DNA of 64,000 nt from the NCBI GenBank assembly GCA_964016885.1, contig OZ024762.1, positions 7,998,001-8,062,000 of the forward strand. Reading direction: 5' to 3'. This DNA is from Eledone cirrhosa (taxonomy: Eukaryota). The notes beneath the pieces are model-generated. The model did not search any database. It had not been told where the DNA came from and was given only the letters and a program-made list of their open reading frames with translations. Position 1 is the stretch's first letter; each line of letters begins with the position of its first letter. The translations under genes and the position numbers were made by a program. This document shows, one piece after another, positions 12,774 to 23,889 of the stretch.

Positions 12774-13266
12774 TTAAATTACATTTTTCACATTTTTCTT
12801 TACAGATTTTATAAAGATAATATTGGAGATTAACCATGGAAAATTAACAACTAAACAATGAACACAAATTGTGAAATCTTTCTATCAAATCCAAGGATCA
12901 ATAACTCTGATCTAATGAGCATATTGTTGCCATTTAAGGTAGAAGAGATTATTCAAGTGAATCAATAATTAGATGTTTGATTAGATCGGTTTGATTAACA
13001 GGGTTCAGTAGCTGTCAAACCTTGTTTAGTTAGGGGTGTAACCAGAGTTGAATACGTTAGGGAGAGTGATGTAAAAAATCCAAGAACATTAACTCCAATG
13101 AACTGAGTCAAGTAACTGTGAGACGTTGTTTAATTAGGGGTGTAGTCATAGTTGAGTATGTATGGGAGAGAGTTGTACAAGATCTAAGAAGATTAACTCC
13201 AAGGAACAGGGTCAAGTAATTGTGAGACCTTGTTTAATTAGGGGTGTAACTATAGTTGAGAATATA

Positions 13267-13730
13267 AGGCCAGTAATATGATGCTTGTGTGAGATGCACG
13301 ATGCTGCATGGTAGTGAGACATGGGCGGCAACTGCGGAGGATATGTGACAGCTGAAGAGAAATGAAGCAAGCATGCTCCGTTGGATGCGCAATGTCAATG
13401 TGCGTGAACGACCAAGCATAGATGAGTTGAGAGTAAAACTGTGTATAAGAGGGATAAGTTGTAGTGTGCGGGAGAGAAAACTACATTGGTATGGACGTGT
13501 GATGCACATAGAGGATGACCACTGGGTAAAGAAGTGCCAAGAAATCCCAGTGGAAGGAAGACGCAGTAGAGGAAGACCACGAAAATCCTGGGCAGAGGTG
13601 GTGAAACTTTAGATCGCTGAAGCTCACAGAGGAGATGACGAAGGACCATGACGAATGGAGAGAAAGGACCTATCCCACACTTGCAAGCAAGGAGAAGTGG
13701 ACATATGATGATGATGATGATGATGATGAT
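13267..13730 (+). mobile_element. RTE-clade LINE 3' end (family B) with (GAT)n tail
   Basis: ORF 13373..13612 MLRWMRNV...LHWYGRVMH...VEGRRSRGRPRKSW is the typical RTE ORF2 C-terminus; upstream MLHGSETWA motif; ends in (tga)n. Confidence 0.9.
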
Positions 13731-14618
13731 GTAAGAGGAGAAGAGTTGTACAAGACCCAAGAACATGAACTCAAAGGCAATCAAGAAAGTTTCTCCAACG
13801 TTGCTTCAGCATATTCTGAAAACCTTGAACATCTTTCTGTATAAGATGCAGTTGATACCACCACATTATGGCCACAGATCGCAATATACTGTCCCCCTTT
13901 CTGATGTCTGCCCACTCTATATAACTGACACACAAGTTGAAACATTCGTCGTCGTCGTCATCATCATCATCATCATCATGTAATATCTGCTCTCCCTGCT
14001 AGAATGGGTTGGACAGGTCGTCAGCAGTCAGAGTTGGTACTGAAAATAGATGGACTGACCCAAAGGTGGGCCAAGAGCCTGCATCTTAATTACATCCCTT
14101 CCTGTACCCCACCGAGTGAGTGCCCAGACCAGCTGGCAGCCTGCAACTTACATACTATCCCGCACACTACCAACTATCACACCAGGAATGTTGTCATGTC
14201 TTTAAATTAGCTGAAAATTCCTCCCAACCCCTTCTTTAGTGGGTTTTCTATGGCTGGATGCCCTTCCTATCACCAACAACTTTACAGAGTCTACTGGGTG
14301 AGTTTATCATGTAAATCATGAATCAACCCTATGGAGGGTAGCTAAAGGGTCCTCCTGACTCCTTCTTTAGTGTGTTTTCTATGGCTGGTTGCCATTCCTA
14401 TCAGCAACAACTCTACAGAGTGTATTGGGTGAGTTTATCATGTAAATCATCAACATTATGGAAGTTAGCTGAAGGATCCTCCTGACACCTTTGTTTGGCA
14501 AGTTTTCTGTGGCCCTTCCTATCAGCAACAACTTTACAGAGTGTATTGGGTGAGTGTACTATGGAGGTTAGGCTTTTTCTAACATTGAAAATAACAAAAC
14601 AACATAGAATATACGAAC

Positions 14619-14788
14619 CACTTTTGATCTGTTTTATCTGGCTCACTGTTTCTTGCAGTATTGCACACTTATCAGGCTTCACTGAAAATGAGCTCATATC
14701 GGTGACACTTGCTGAGATTAACTCTGCAAGTTCTTCGATATAAGTATTTTCTTCTTCTCGCCGACGCTTCTCATTCAAACATTTAGTT
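14619..14788 (-). CDS. NCOA: Internal exon encoding the bHLH domain of a p160 nuclear receptor coactivator (NCOA1/2/3, SRC, Taiman family)
   Basis: Translation [56 protein letters not shown] matches the family motif [17 protein letters not shown]...[14 protein letters not shown]. Acceptor ttttctttatctttattaacAG (AG at 14790-14789) and donor G|GTTCGT (GT at 14618-14617); 170 nt, phase 2 in, phase 1 out. An alternative GT lies 3 nt earlier. Confidence 0.93.
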
Positions 14789-14900
14789 CTGTTAATAAAG
14801 ATAAAGAAAAATACAAGAAATATTAATAATAATGTAAAAAATGCGTTTTATTAGAAAGCTACAACATTGAAAATGGGACATTAAATGATACTTTGCTTAA

Positions 14901-15008
14901 CCTTCTGGGCGATCTAGACGCCTTATGTTGCCGATAGAGTAATCTCCCCATAATATATAATGCAGTGTCAAGGGAAGCAATTCATTAAAAAATTCAGCAT
15001 GCTAATGG
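14901..15008. mobile_element. Small TTAA-flanked MITE (family 3)
   Basis: TTAA-CC...GG-TTAA; reverse-complement similarity to 1270-1381 (gatagagtaatctcccc). Confidence 0.6.
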
Positions 15009-15804
15009 TTAATACCCTTAATATTTGGGGTTAAAGTCCCTTCATCAAAGGTAAAGGTCACGAAACTCATTTGAAGCAGGATACAATCATCATCACCGTT
15101 TAACGTCCAATTTTCCATGCTAGCATGGGTTAAACGAGTTATCCCACCGTGAGACAAGTTTGATCAGATAACTGTGTCTTGCTCATACAGAATTATTTCT
15201 GGCTTGGTTTCTATGGCTGGATGCTCTTCCTAATGCCAACCTAATTTACAGTGTGGACTGGGTGCTTTTTATAGGGGCACCAAAACAACCAACTGACAGG
15301 TTTGACTGGGTGCTTTTTGTCATGTCACCAACTAGAACCCCTAATTAAAAAATGTCAGCCTAAGAACAACACAAGATATCCTGCTCCCAATTAGTTTCCT
15401 CGACTCTTCTTTTGATGAAGGGTTTTTACCCTGTTATATTAAAGACTATTAAATATCATTGTTATCACTATTTTTAACATTTAATCTATTTTCTACAATT
15501 TACACAGTTTCATGCAAACAACACCCTCTCATTAATATTGATGATAAAGAAAAAAAAGAAAGAACCATTAATTTCTGTGGAATATTTATCACCAGGAAAA
15601 GCATGGCAACACATATTTCAATTAAACAATACGTAATTTTATCATTTGTTTTCTAAAGTTTATAGAAGAGAATGGTGAGTGAAATATGATATGCGTGTGG
15701 TTTGATGTGATGTGTGTGTGTGGTTCGAAGTGATATGGTGTGTATATATCTACATCTCTAGCTCGCTCTCCCTCTCTTTCTCTATATATGTGTGTGTGTG
15801 TGTG

Positions 15805-15836
<32 letters not shown>

Positions 15837-15850
15837 TACATATATATATA

Positions 15851-16212
15851 TCATCATCATCATCATCATCATTTTACGTCCGCTTTTCCCTGCTTGCAAG
15901 GGTTGGACGGGTCTTATTCAGCACAGCATCTCTCCACTTGTCACGGTTCTTCATCATCTCCTCGGTGAGTTTCAGCAATCTAAGGTCTGCTTTCACCACC
16001 TCCGCCCATGTTTTGCATGGTCTACCTCTACTGCGTCTTCCTTCTACTGGGATATCTTGGCACTTCTTTACCTAGTGGTCATCCTTTATGGGCATCAAAT
16101 GTCCGTACCATCTCAGCCTTCTCTCCTGCACACCACAACTTAACCCTCTTATACCCAGTTTCTTTCTCAACTCGTCTATGCTTGGTCGTTCACGCACATT
16201 GGCATTGCACAT

Positions 16213-16215
<3 letters not shown>
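15851..16215 (-). mobile_element. RTE-clade LINE 3' end (family B), inverted relative to 13267-13730
   Basis: Reverse complement aligns by eye over ~350 bp with 13383-13730, including the (atc)n tail. Confidence 0.9.
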
Positions 16216-16282
<67 letters not shown>

Positions 16283-16347
16283 CATATATATTTCGCTTCT
16301 GAATTTGTTTAGCAAGATTCTTTATCTGAAAACGTGTGTTGAAACCG

Positions 16348-16770
16348 ATATTGTTATACTTTGGGAGGGTCATGTTGCCAATAAGAAACACACGCACCAG
16401 TTGCTTTCACTCCAATTTATTATAAATTAAATTATAAATTTAAAAAAATTATAAATTTCCGGTTGGTTGGTTCCACAACCGGATGTTTGTTCTGTCCTAC
16501 GCCATCTTGTTTTTGTGTCACACAAAAACAAGATGCTGTAGGACAGAACAAAGAAAAGAATCCCCGGTCGGTCACTGATGAGGTCACAGAATGTGTGACG
16601 AAAGAACTTTGACAATATATGAACAACCATCCGGTTGTGGAACCAACCAACCAACCGGAAATTTATAAACATTTTTAAATTTATAATTTAATTTATAATA
16701 AATTGGAGTGAAAGCAACTGGTGCGTGTGTTTCTTATTGGCAACATGACCCTCCCAAAGTATAACAATAT
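16348..16770. mobile_element. Fold-back element with ~145-bp inverted arms between (TA)n tracts; Penelope-like/retrozyme-like candidate
   Basis: 16348-16492 is the near-perfect reverse complement of 16621-16770; inner 32-bp hairpin 16486-16552; hammerhead core in the spacer; a diverged solo arm at ~5451-5540. The class assignment is inference. Confidence 0.7.
16571..16613 (+). ncRNA. Minimal type I hammerhead ribozyme motif
   Basis: GUCA-CUGAUGA-G-GUCACA-gaaug-UGUGAC-GAAA-GAAC-UU-UGAC: 4-bp stem I, 6-bp stem II with one extra G, 2-bp stem III, CUU triplet. Confidence 0.65.
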
Positions 16771-17249
16771 ATATATATATATGCAAAAAGTAAATGGAAA
16801 CAGCTAAGAAAACAACACAGTACAGTGAAGTAATATATTAGTTTAACGTTGAATATAGTAGGAAAAGACCAATTACATGTTGTTGTAGCTCCAATAGCAA
16901 ATTTGAAAATCAGATTAAACTTAAACTAATCCAAATAGAGAGGATTTTTATATATGTGTGTACACACACATATATAAACACTGATACAAACATACATACA
17001 CATATAAATATACACAAACTGTTCAAGATGACACACCTATAGACGGAAAAAGTGACCAGCTGCAGCTATAGAGAATCAAACTCTACCCTTCTCAAACAAT
17101 TTGTTGCAAAGTGTTTACATTTATTTAAAAACGCTTTCATCATAATTTTAAGAACTTCCAAACACTAACTTAATAATGATAGTTATATGAAAGAGCCAGG
17201 AACTAGCTGTTGGAACAGCAAGAGCTCAGCTGTTGGGGGTCCAACCTGG

Positions 17250-17632
17250 GGTAGATATGTATATGACATAGAACTCAACATGGGGTAGAAATGTGATGTA
17301 GAACCAATGTGAGGTAGATATGTGACATAGAACCCACCAGAGGTAGATATGAGACATACACCCCACCAGAGGTAGATATGTGACATAGAACCCACCAGAG
17401 GTAGATATGTGACATATACTCACCAGAGGTAGATATGAGACATATACCCCACCAGAGGTAGATATGTGACATTATAACCCACCAGAGATAGATGTGACAT
17501 TATAACCCACCAGAGGTAGATATGTGACATTATAACCCACCAGAGATAGATATGTGACATTATAACCCACCAGAGGTAGATATGTGACATTATAACCCAC
17601 CAGAGGTAGATATGTGACATTATAACCCAACC
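17250..17632. repeat. ~28-30-bp minisatellite
   Basis: Unit cccaccagaggtagatatgtgacattataa and shorter variants, about 12 copies. Confidence 0.9.
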
Positions 17633-17892
17633 TGGGATTAGAACCAACTTGAGGTTAGACTAGAACTGAGGGCAAGGATTTAAACTACCACCAGGAGGAT
17701 GGAGGAATGGGGGCAACAGACGAAATAAAAAGAGACAAAAAGAACATAGAATGGTGAGGGAGGGGGAGGAGAGGTGTAGTTGCTGATGAAGAGAGAGAGA
17801 TGAATGGAAGACAAGGATGTGAAAAGGAAGGGAAGAGAGAGAGAGAGAGAGTTGAGTAAGTGAAAGAAGAGCAAAGCACAGTGATGGTGATG

Positions 17893-19720
17893 ACAGGTGG
17901 GGTGGAGAGTTGTGGGGATACACTCTCTCTCTCTCACACACAGGGTGGGGTGGAGAGTTGTGGGGATACTCTCTCTCTCTCTCACACACAGGGTGGGGTG
18001 GAGAGTTGTGGGGATACACTCTCTCTCTCTCACACACAGGGTGGGGTGGAGAGTTGTGGGGATACACTCTCTCTCTCACACACACAGGGTGGGGTGGAGA
18101 GTTGTGGGGATACACTCTCTCTCTCTCACACACAGGGTGGGGTGGAGAGTTGTGGGGACACACTCTCTCTCTCTTTCACACAGGGTGGGGTGGAGAGTTG
18201 TGGGGATACTCTCTCTCTCACACAGGGTGGGGTGGAGAGTTGTGGGGATACTCTCTCTCTCACACAGGGTGGGGTGGAGAGTTGTGGGGACACACTCTCT
18301 CTCTCTCTCACACAGGGTGGGGTGGAGAGTTGTGGGGACACACTCTCTCTCTCTCTCACACAGGGTGGGGTGGAGAGTTGTGGGGACACACTCTCTCTCT
18401 CTCTCACACAGGGTGGGGTGGAGAGTTGTGGGGATACTCTCTCTCTCTCTCTCACACAGGGTGGGGTGGAGAGTTGTGGGGATACTCTCTCTCTCTCTCT
18501 CTCACAGGGTGGGGTGGAGAGTTGCGAGGATACTCTCTCTCTCTCTCTCACACTGGGTGGGTTGGAGAGTTGTGGGGACACACTCTCTCTCTCTCACACA
18601 GGGTGGGGTGGAGAGATGTGGGGACACACTCTCTCTCTCTCTCACACAGGGTGGGGTGGAGAGTTGTGGGGACACACTCTCTCTCTCTCTCTCACACAGA
18701 GTGGGGTGGAGAGTTGTGGGGATACACTCTCTCTCTCTCACACAGGGTGGAGTGGAGAGTTGTGGGGGGACACTCTCTCTCACACACACAGGGTGGGGTG
18801 GAGAGTTGTGGAGATACTCTCTCTCTCTCTCACACAGGGTGGGGTGGAGAGTTGTGGGGACACACTCTCTCACACACAGGGTGGAGTGGAGAGTTGTGGG
18901 GATACACTCTCTCTCACACACACAGGGTGGGGTGGAGAGTTGTGGGGATACACTCTCTCTCTCTCACACAGGGTGGAGTGGAGAGTTGTGGGGATACACA
19001 CTCTCTCTCTCACACAGGGTGGAGTGGAGAGTTGTGGGGATACACTCTCTCTCACACACACAGGGTGAGGTGGAGAGTTGTGGGGATACACTCTCTCCTC
19101 TCTCACACAGGGTGGGGTGGAGAGTTGTGGGGATACACTCTCTCTCTCTCACACAGGGTGGAGTGGAGAGTTGTGGGGATACACTCTCTCTCACACACAC
19201 AGGGTGGGGTGGAGAGTTGTGGGGACACACTCTCTCTCTCTCACACAGGGTGGGGTGGAGAGTTGTGGGGATACACTCTCTCTCTCTCTCACACAGGGTG
19301 GGGTGGAGAGTTGTGGGGACACACTCTCACTCTCACACACCACAGGGTGGGGTGGAGAGTTGTGGGGATACTCTCTCTCTCACACAGGGTGGAGTGGAGA
19401 GTTGTGGGGATACACTCTCTCTCACACACACACAGGGTGGGGTGGAGAGTTGTGGGGACACACTCTCTCTCTCACACACAGGGTGGGGTGGAGAGTTGTG
19501 GGGACACACTCTCTCTCTCACACACAGGGTGGGGTGGAGAGTTGTGGGGATACACTCTCTCTCTCACACACAGGGTGGGGTGGAGAGTTGTGGGGACACA
19601 CTCTCTCTCTCACACACACAGGGTGAGGTGGAGAGTTGTGGGGACACTCTCTCTCTCTCTCACACACACAGGTGGGGGTGGAGAGTTGTGGGGACACACT
19701 CTCTCTCTCACACACACACA
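17893..19720. repeat. G-rich compound minisatellite, ~45-53-bp unit, roughly 37 copies
   Basis: cagggtggggtggagagttgtggggatacac(tc)n(ac)n; explains the overlapping 400-600 aa ORFs. Confidence 0.95.
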
Positions 19721-19775
19721 GCTAGATACCTACAACAATAGCTAGGGAAAACCATTTACAGTACTTTTGATGATG

Positions 19776-19975
19776 NNNNNNNNNNNNNNNNNNNNNNNNN
19801 NNNNNNNNNNNNNNNNNNNNNNNNNNNNNNNNNNNNNNNNNNNNNNNNNNNNNNNNNNNNNNNNNNNNNNNNNNNNNNNNNNNNNNNNNNNNNNNNNNNN
19901 NNNNNNNNNNNNNNNNNNNNNNNNNNNNNNNNNNNNNNNNNNNNNNNNNNNNNNNNNNNNNNNNNNNNNNNNNNN
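19776..19975. other. Assembly gap (200 N)
   Basis: Run of N characters. Confidence 0.99.
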
Positions 19976-20279
19976 CACACATGCACACATACACACACGC
20001 ATGATCAATCCAAGCTTGGACTGGAGCCAGTATATCATAAGTGATGAGGAGGAGGAGGAGGAGGTCTATATATAGTTTTAGGCTGAGAACTCTAACCTAC
20101 ATTTGCAGTGGGCCAGTAGGTCTGCTGTGCTGAGTGAGAGTGGAGTGAGAGTGGAGTGTGGGTGTAAAAGTGGGTGTGTCCTCCTAGCTAGCAGGAAGAG
20201 GTTAACAACCTGCACCACCACCATCAACACAACAACATTTAAAAGCCACTTCACTCCTATTTCTTCTGTTGATAATATA

Positions 20280-20820
20280 GAGAGATGAAGAGAGATAGAT
20301 AGAGAGAGAGAGAGAGATAGAGATAGAGAGAGAGAGATAGAGAGAGGGGAGACAGAGAGAGATGGAGAACAGAGAGGGGCTGAAAGAGATACAGAGAGAG
20401 GGGGCTGAAAGAGATACAGAGAGAGGGGGCTGAAAGAGATACAGAGAGAGGGGGCTGAAAGAGATACAGAGAGAGAGAGGCTGAAAGAGATAGAGAGAGA
20501 GGGGCTGAAAGAGATACAGAGAGAGAGGGGCTGAAAGAGAGACAAAGAGAGAGGGGCTGAAAGAGATACAGAGAGAGAGAGGGGCTGAAAGAGATACAGA
20601 GATAGGAGGAGAGAGAGACAGAAAGAGAAATACAAAGAGACTGAGAGAGGGGAGGGAAAAGACAGAGAAAAAGAAAACAGAAAAAGAAATGAAAATGGGA
20701 AGGGAGAGAGAGAGAGATGGGGACATAGAGACAGAAATAGAGAAAAAGAAAGGAGGGCAGAGAGAGATGGGGACAGAGACAGAAATAGAGACATAGAGAA
20801 AGAAGGGGAGAAAAAGGGGT
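20280..20820. repeat. Polypurine tract with gaggggctgaaagagatacaga(ga)n minisatellite
   Basis: About 9 units at 20375-20600 within (GA)-rich DNA. Confidence 0.9.
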
Positions 20821-21074
20821 AGATATTTACTTTTAAGATGCCTGCTTTGTTTTAACCCCAAGTCAACAACAAATTACCAAATCTATGATCAAAGGTATTC
20901 CTGCCATGACCATCTCGACTATGTCATCTTTTTTAGAGTTATCTAGTACAACACTGTTTAATGTGGCCTTGCTTACGGTTTGTTTGTTTTTTGGCTGGTG
21001 TTTCTAGCAAGTAAGTTGACCATATAGATGATGTTATAATTACATGGTCTCTTTTAACTTCTGTTGTCATTTTC

Positions 21075-21760
21075 AACACACACACACACACAGTGGACAC
21101 ATACACACACACAGTGGACACTGACACACACATACACTGGAGACATACACACACAGAGTGTACACTGACACACACACAGTGGACACAATCACACACATAT
21201 ACTGGACACATACACACACACACAGAGTGTACACTGACACACACACAGTGGACACAATCACACACATATACTGGACACATACACACACACACAGTGGACA
21301 CTGACACACACACACAATCACACACATACACATACACTTGACACACACACAGTGGACACAATCACACACATACACACACACAGTGGACACTGACACACAC
21401 ACACACACACAGTGGACAATCACACACACACACTGGACACATACATACACACACACACAGTGGACAATCACACACACACTGGACGGACGGACACAATCAC
21501 ACACAACATAGAAACACATGCACACTGGATGGACGGACACACACACACAGTAGACAAAATCACTCACTGGACACAGACATACACACAAACACTTGCAGAC
21601 ACAGTGGACACGGACGCATGCTAGATGGACACACAACAAACACATGCACACTGGACACGGACACACACATACAAACACATACACACACACAACAAACACA
21701 TGCACACAGACACCCAAACACTTGCAGACACGGTGGACACAATCACTCACTGGAGACACT
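21075..21760. repeat. (CA)n-based compound repeat (cagtggacac motif)
   Basis: Direct inspection. Confidence 0.9.
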
Positions 21761-22802
21761 CTAGCCTCTTGTCCACAGTTGTATCTCATGCCACACATCT
21801 CTCCTTCTCTCACTTTAAACCCTCAAGTCACACAATAAACCATTAAGTTCAGTCCTTCCTGCCCTCTGGCCACACACTAAACATGGGCACTGCCCCTTCC
21901 TCTTGTCCAGGCATGGGTAACCCTTTTCAAACAGTTGGCAACATCAGACATGGCTCATCATGAAGCAGATTGCACTACTAAAAGATTCAAGGTAATTTTC
22001 CATTAGGCAAGTGATTCAGAAAGCCCAGAAAGCCAAACGAGTCAAAGTTTCTCCATGACTTCCCTAGACCTTCAAAGTTAAAACACACACACACACATAC
22101 ACTCATACACAAATGGAACGCCAACTGCTGTTTTGCTATAGTTTTTTCACCATCCCCTTTCTTCCTTTTACACAAACATACATTCACGCAGGTAGCAGAT
22201 GTAAAGAGAGAGGAGTGGTATGAGGTAGTCAAACTACTCGTATCTCTGTACATGTGACAGAATCGCAGGAATTTATATAGAGATTAAGATGGTCTTGAGG
22301 GTGGTCGATTGGTACAATTGTTAGAACATCAGATATTGTTCGGTTTCTTTATATTCTGAGTTCAAATCCTGCCAAGCTCAATTTTGCCTTTCAACCTTCA
22401 AGGTGCCAACAAAAGTAAGATAGTGAGGTCGATAAATAAAGTACCAGTCCACAGTAGTGGAGGGTCAGAATTGTTAGAATATTGGAACAGACACTTTGTG
22501 GTGTTTGTTCTGAGTTCCATACGCCCCTTCCTGTCACCAGAACAATGGTGACATGAGATACGACTGGGAACCCTACCATATAAAGAGCCAACAAACCAGT
22601 GATGCAACATGATATGCCCAAATCACTGAAGCAAGTAACCCCAGAATGGGCACAGTCTAATGACTGAAGCCAGTAAAGCAACAAGAGTAAACCTACAAAC
22701 GTGTTATGTCTTCTTGGACAATACAATATGGAGAGAAAGCATGATTTAGCATTTCTCTATTGAGATACACAGACAGGTGCACAGTCAGGACATTCATCCT
22801 TT

Positions 22803-23108
22803 CATCATCATCATCATTTCATTTTACGTCCGCTTTTCCCTGCCTGCAAGGGTGGGACAGGAACTGATTCTGGCATGATTTCTACAGCTGGATGCCCTTC
22901 CTAACACCAACCTCATTTACAGTGAGTGCTGGGTGCTTTTTTTCTGTGGCGCCTACACGCCCACTTTGCAGTGGAATGATAGGGACCGCAGTCCCTATCA
23001 TCTCATTTCTACAGCTGACTAAAATGGAGCAATGTGAAATAAAGTGTCTTGCTCAAGGAAACAACACATCACCCGGTCTGAGAATTGAACTCACAACCTT
23101 TCGATTGC
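22803..23108 (-). mobile_element. tRNA-derived SINE with RTE-derived tail (second family), 5' end replaced by a fold-back
   Basis: Near-identical reverse complement of 32800-33103 (ORFs 22892+ and 32779- translate almost identically); ends in (atc)n. Confidence 0.9.
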
Positions 23109-23289
23109 AAGGTTGTGAGTTCAATTCTCAGACTGGGTGATGTGTTGTTTCCTTAAGCAACATTACCATATATCTAATGGAAGACACTGCCTATGTTTAA
23201 CCCTTTCATTACCATATTTCTAATGGAAGACACTGCCTATATTTAACCCTTTCATTATCATATTTCCAATGAAAGAAACTGCTGTTTAG

Positions 23290-23522
23290 TATCAATAGGG
23301 GTTAAAATGGGACAGTTTCAGGAAGTTTAATATTAATAGGGGTTAAAATGGGACAGTTTCAGGAAGTTTAATATCAATAGGGGTTAAAATGGGACAGTTT
23401 TAGGTAATTTAATATCAATAGGGGTTAAAATGGGACAGTTTGGGATAGTTTAGTATCAAAAGGGGTTAAATTGGGACAGTTTTAGGTAGAATAGTATCAA
23501 AGGGGATTAAACTGGGACAGCT
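23290..23522. repeat. 41-bp minisatellite, about 6 copies
   Basis: tatcaataggggttaaaatgggacagtttcaggaagtttaa. Confidence 0.9.
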
Positions 23523-23889
23523 TTAGTCAACCATATCAACTTATTTTATCAATGAGTGTTTGTTGAACTGCTAAATTACATGACAGTCATGGATGGTGGT
23601 GGTGGTGGTGGTGGTAGTAGTAGTAGTAATAGTAATGGTGGTGGTGGTGGTGGTGGTAGTGCTGATGGTTGCAGTGGTAGTAGTAGTAGTGGTGGTGACG
23701 GCGTTGTTGATGGTGGTGGAAGTAGTAACAGTAGTAGTAGTAGTAAAGGTGTTCTGCCAATAATGTCCCCAGAGAGGTCCCAGGGGGCACGGCTGTGTCC
23801 TCAGACTTAATTATATGCACAAGATGGGGCATTAATTTTCATTTCAGAAACCAATCAGTAAGTAATCAATCATAAAAAATGTGTCTGAC

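Noticed and set aside
14413-14618. C-terminal part of the 121-aa ORF as coding
   Set aside because: Similarity to NCOA ends at the splice donor; the remainder is intron containing SINE-derived duplicated sequence.
17860-19745. 400-614 aa ORFs
   Set aside because: Translations of a minisatellite with frame-shifting dinucleotide spacers; no domain content.
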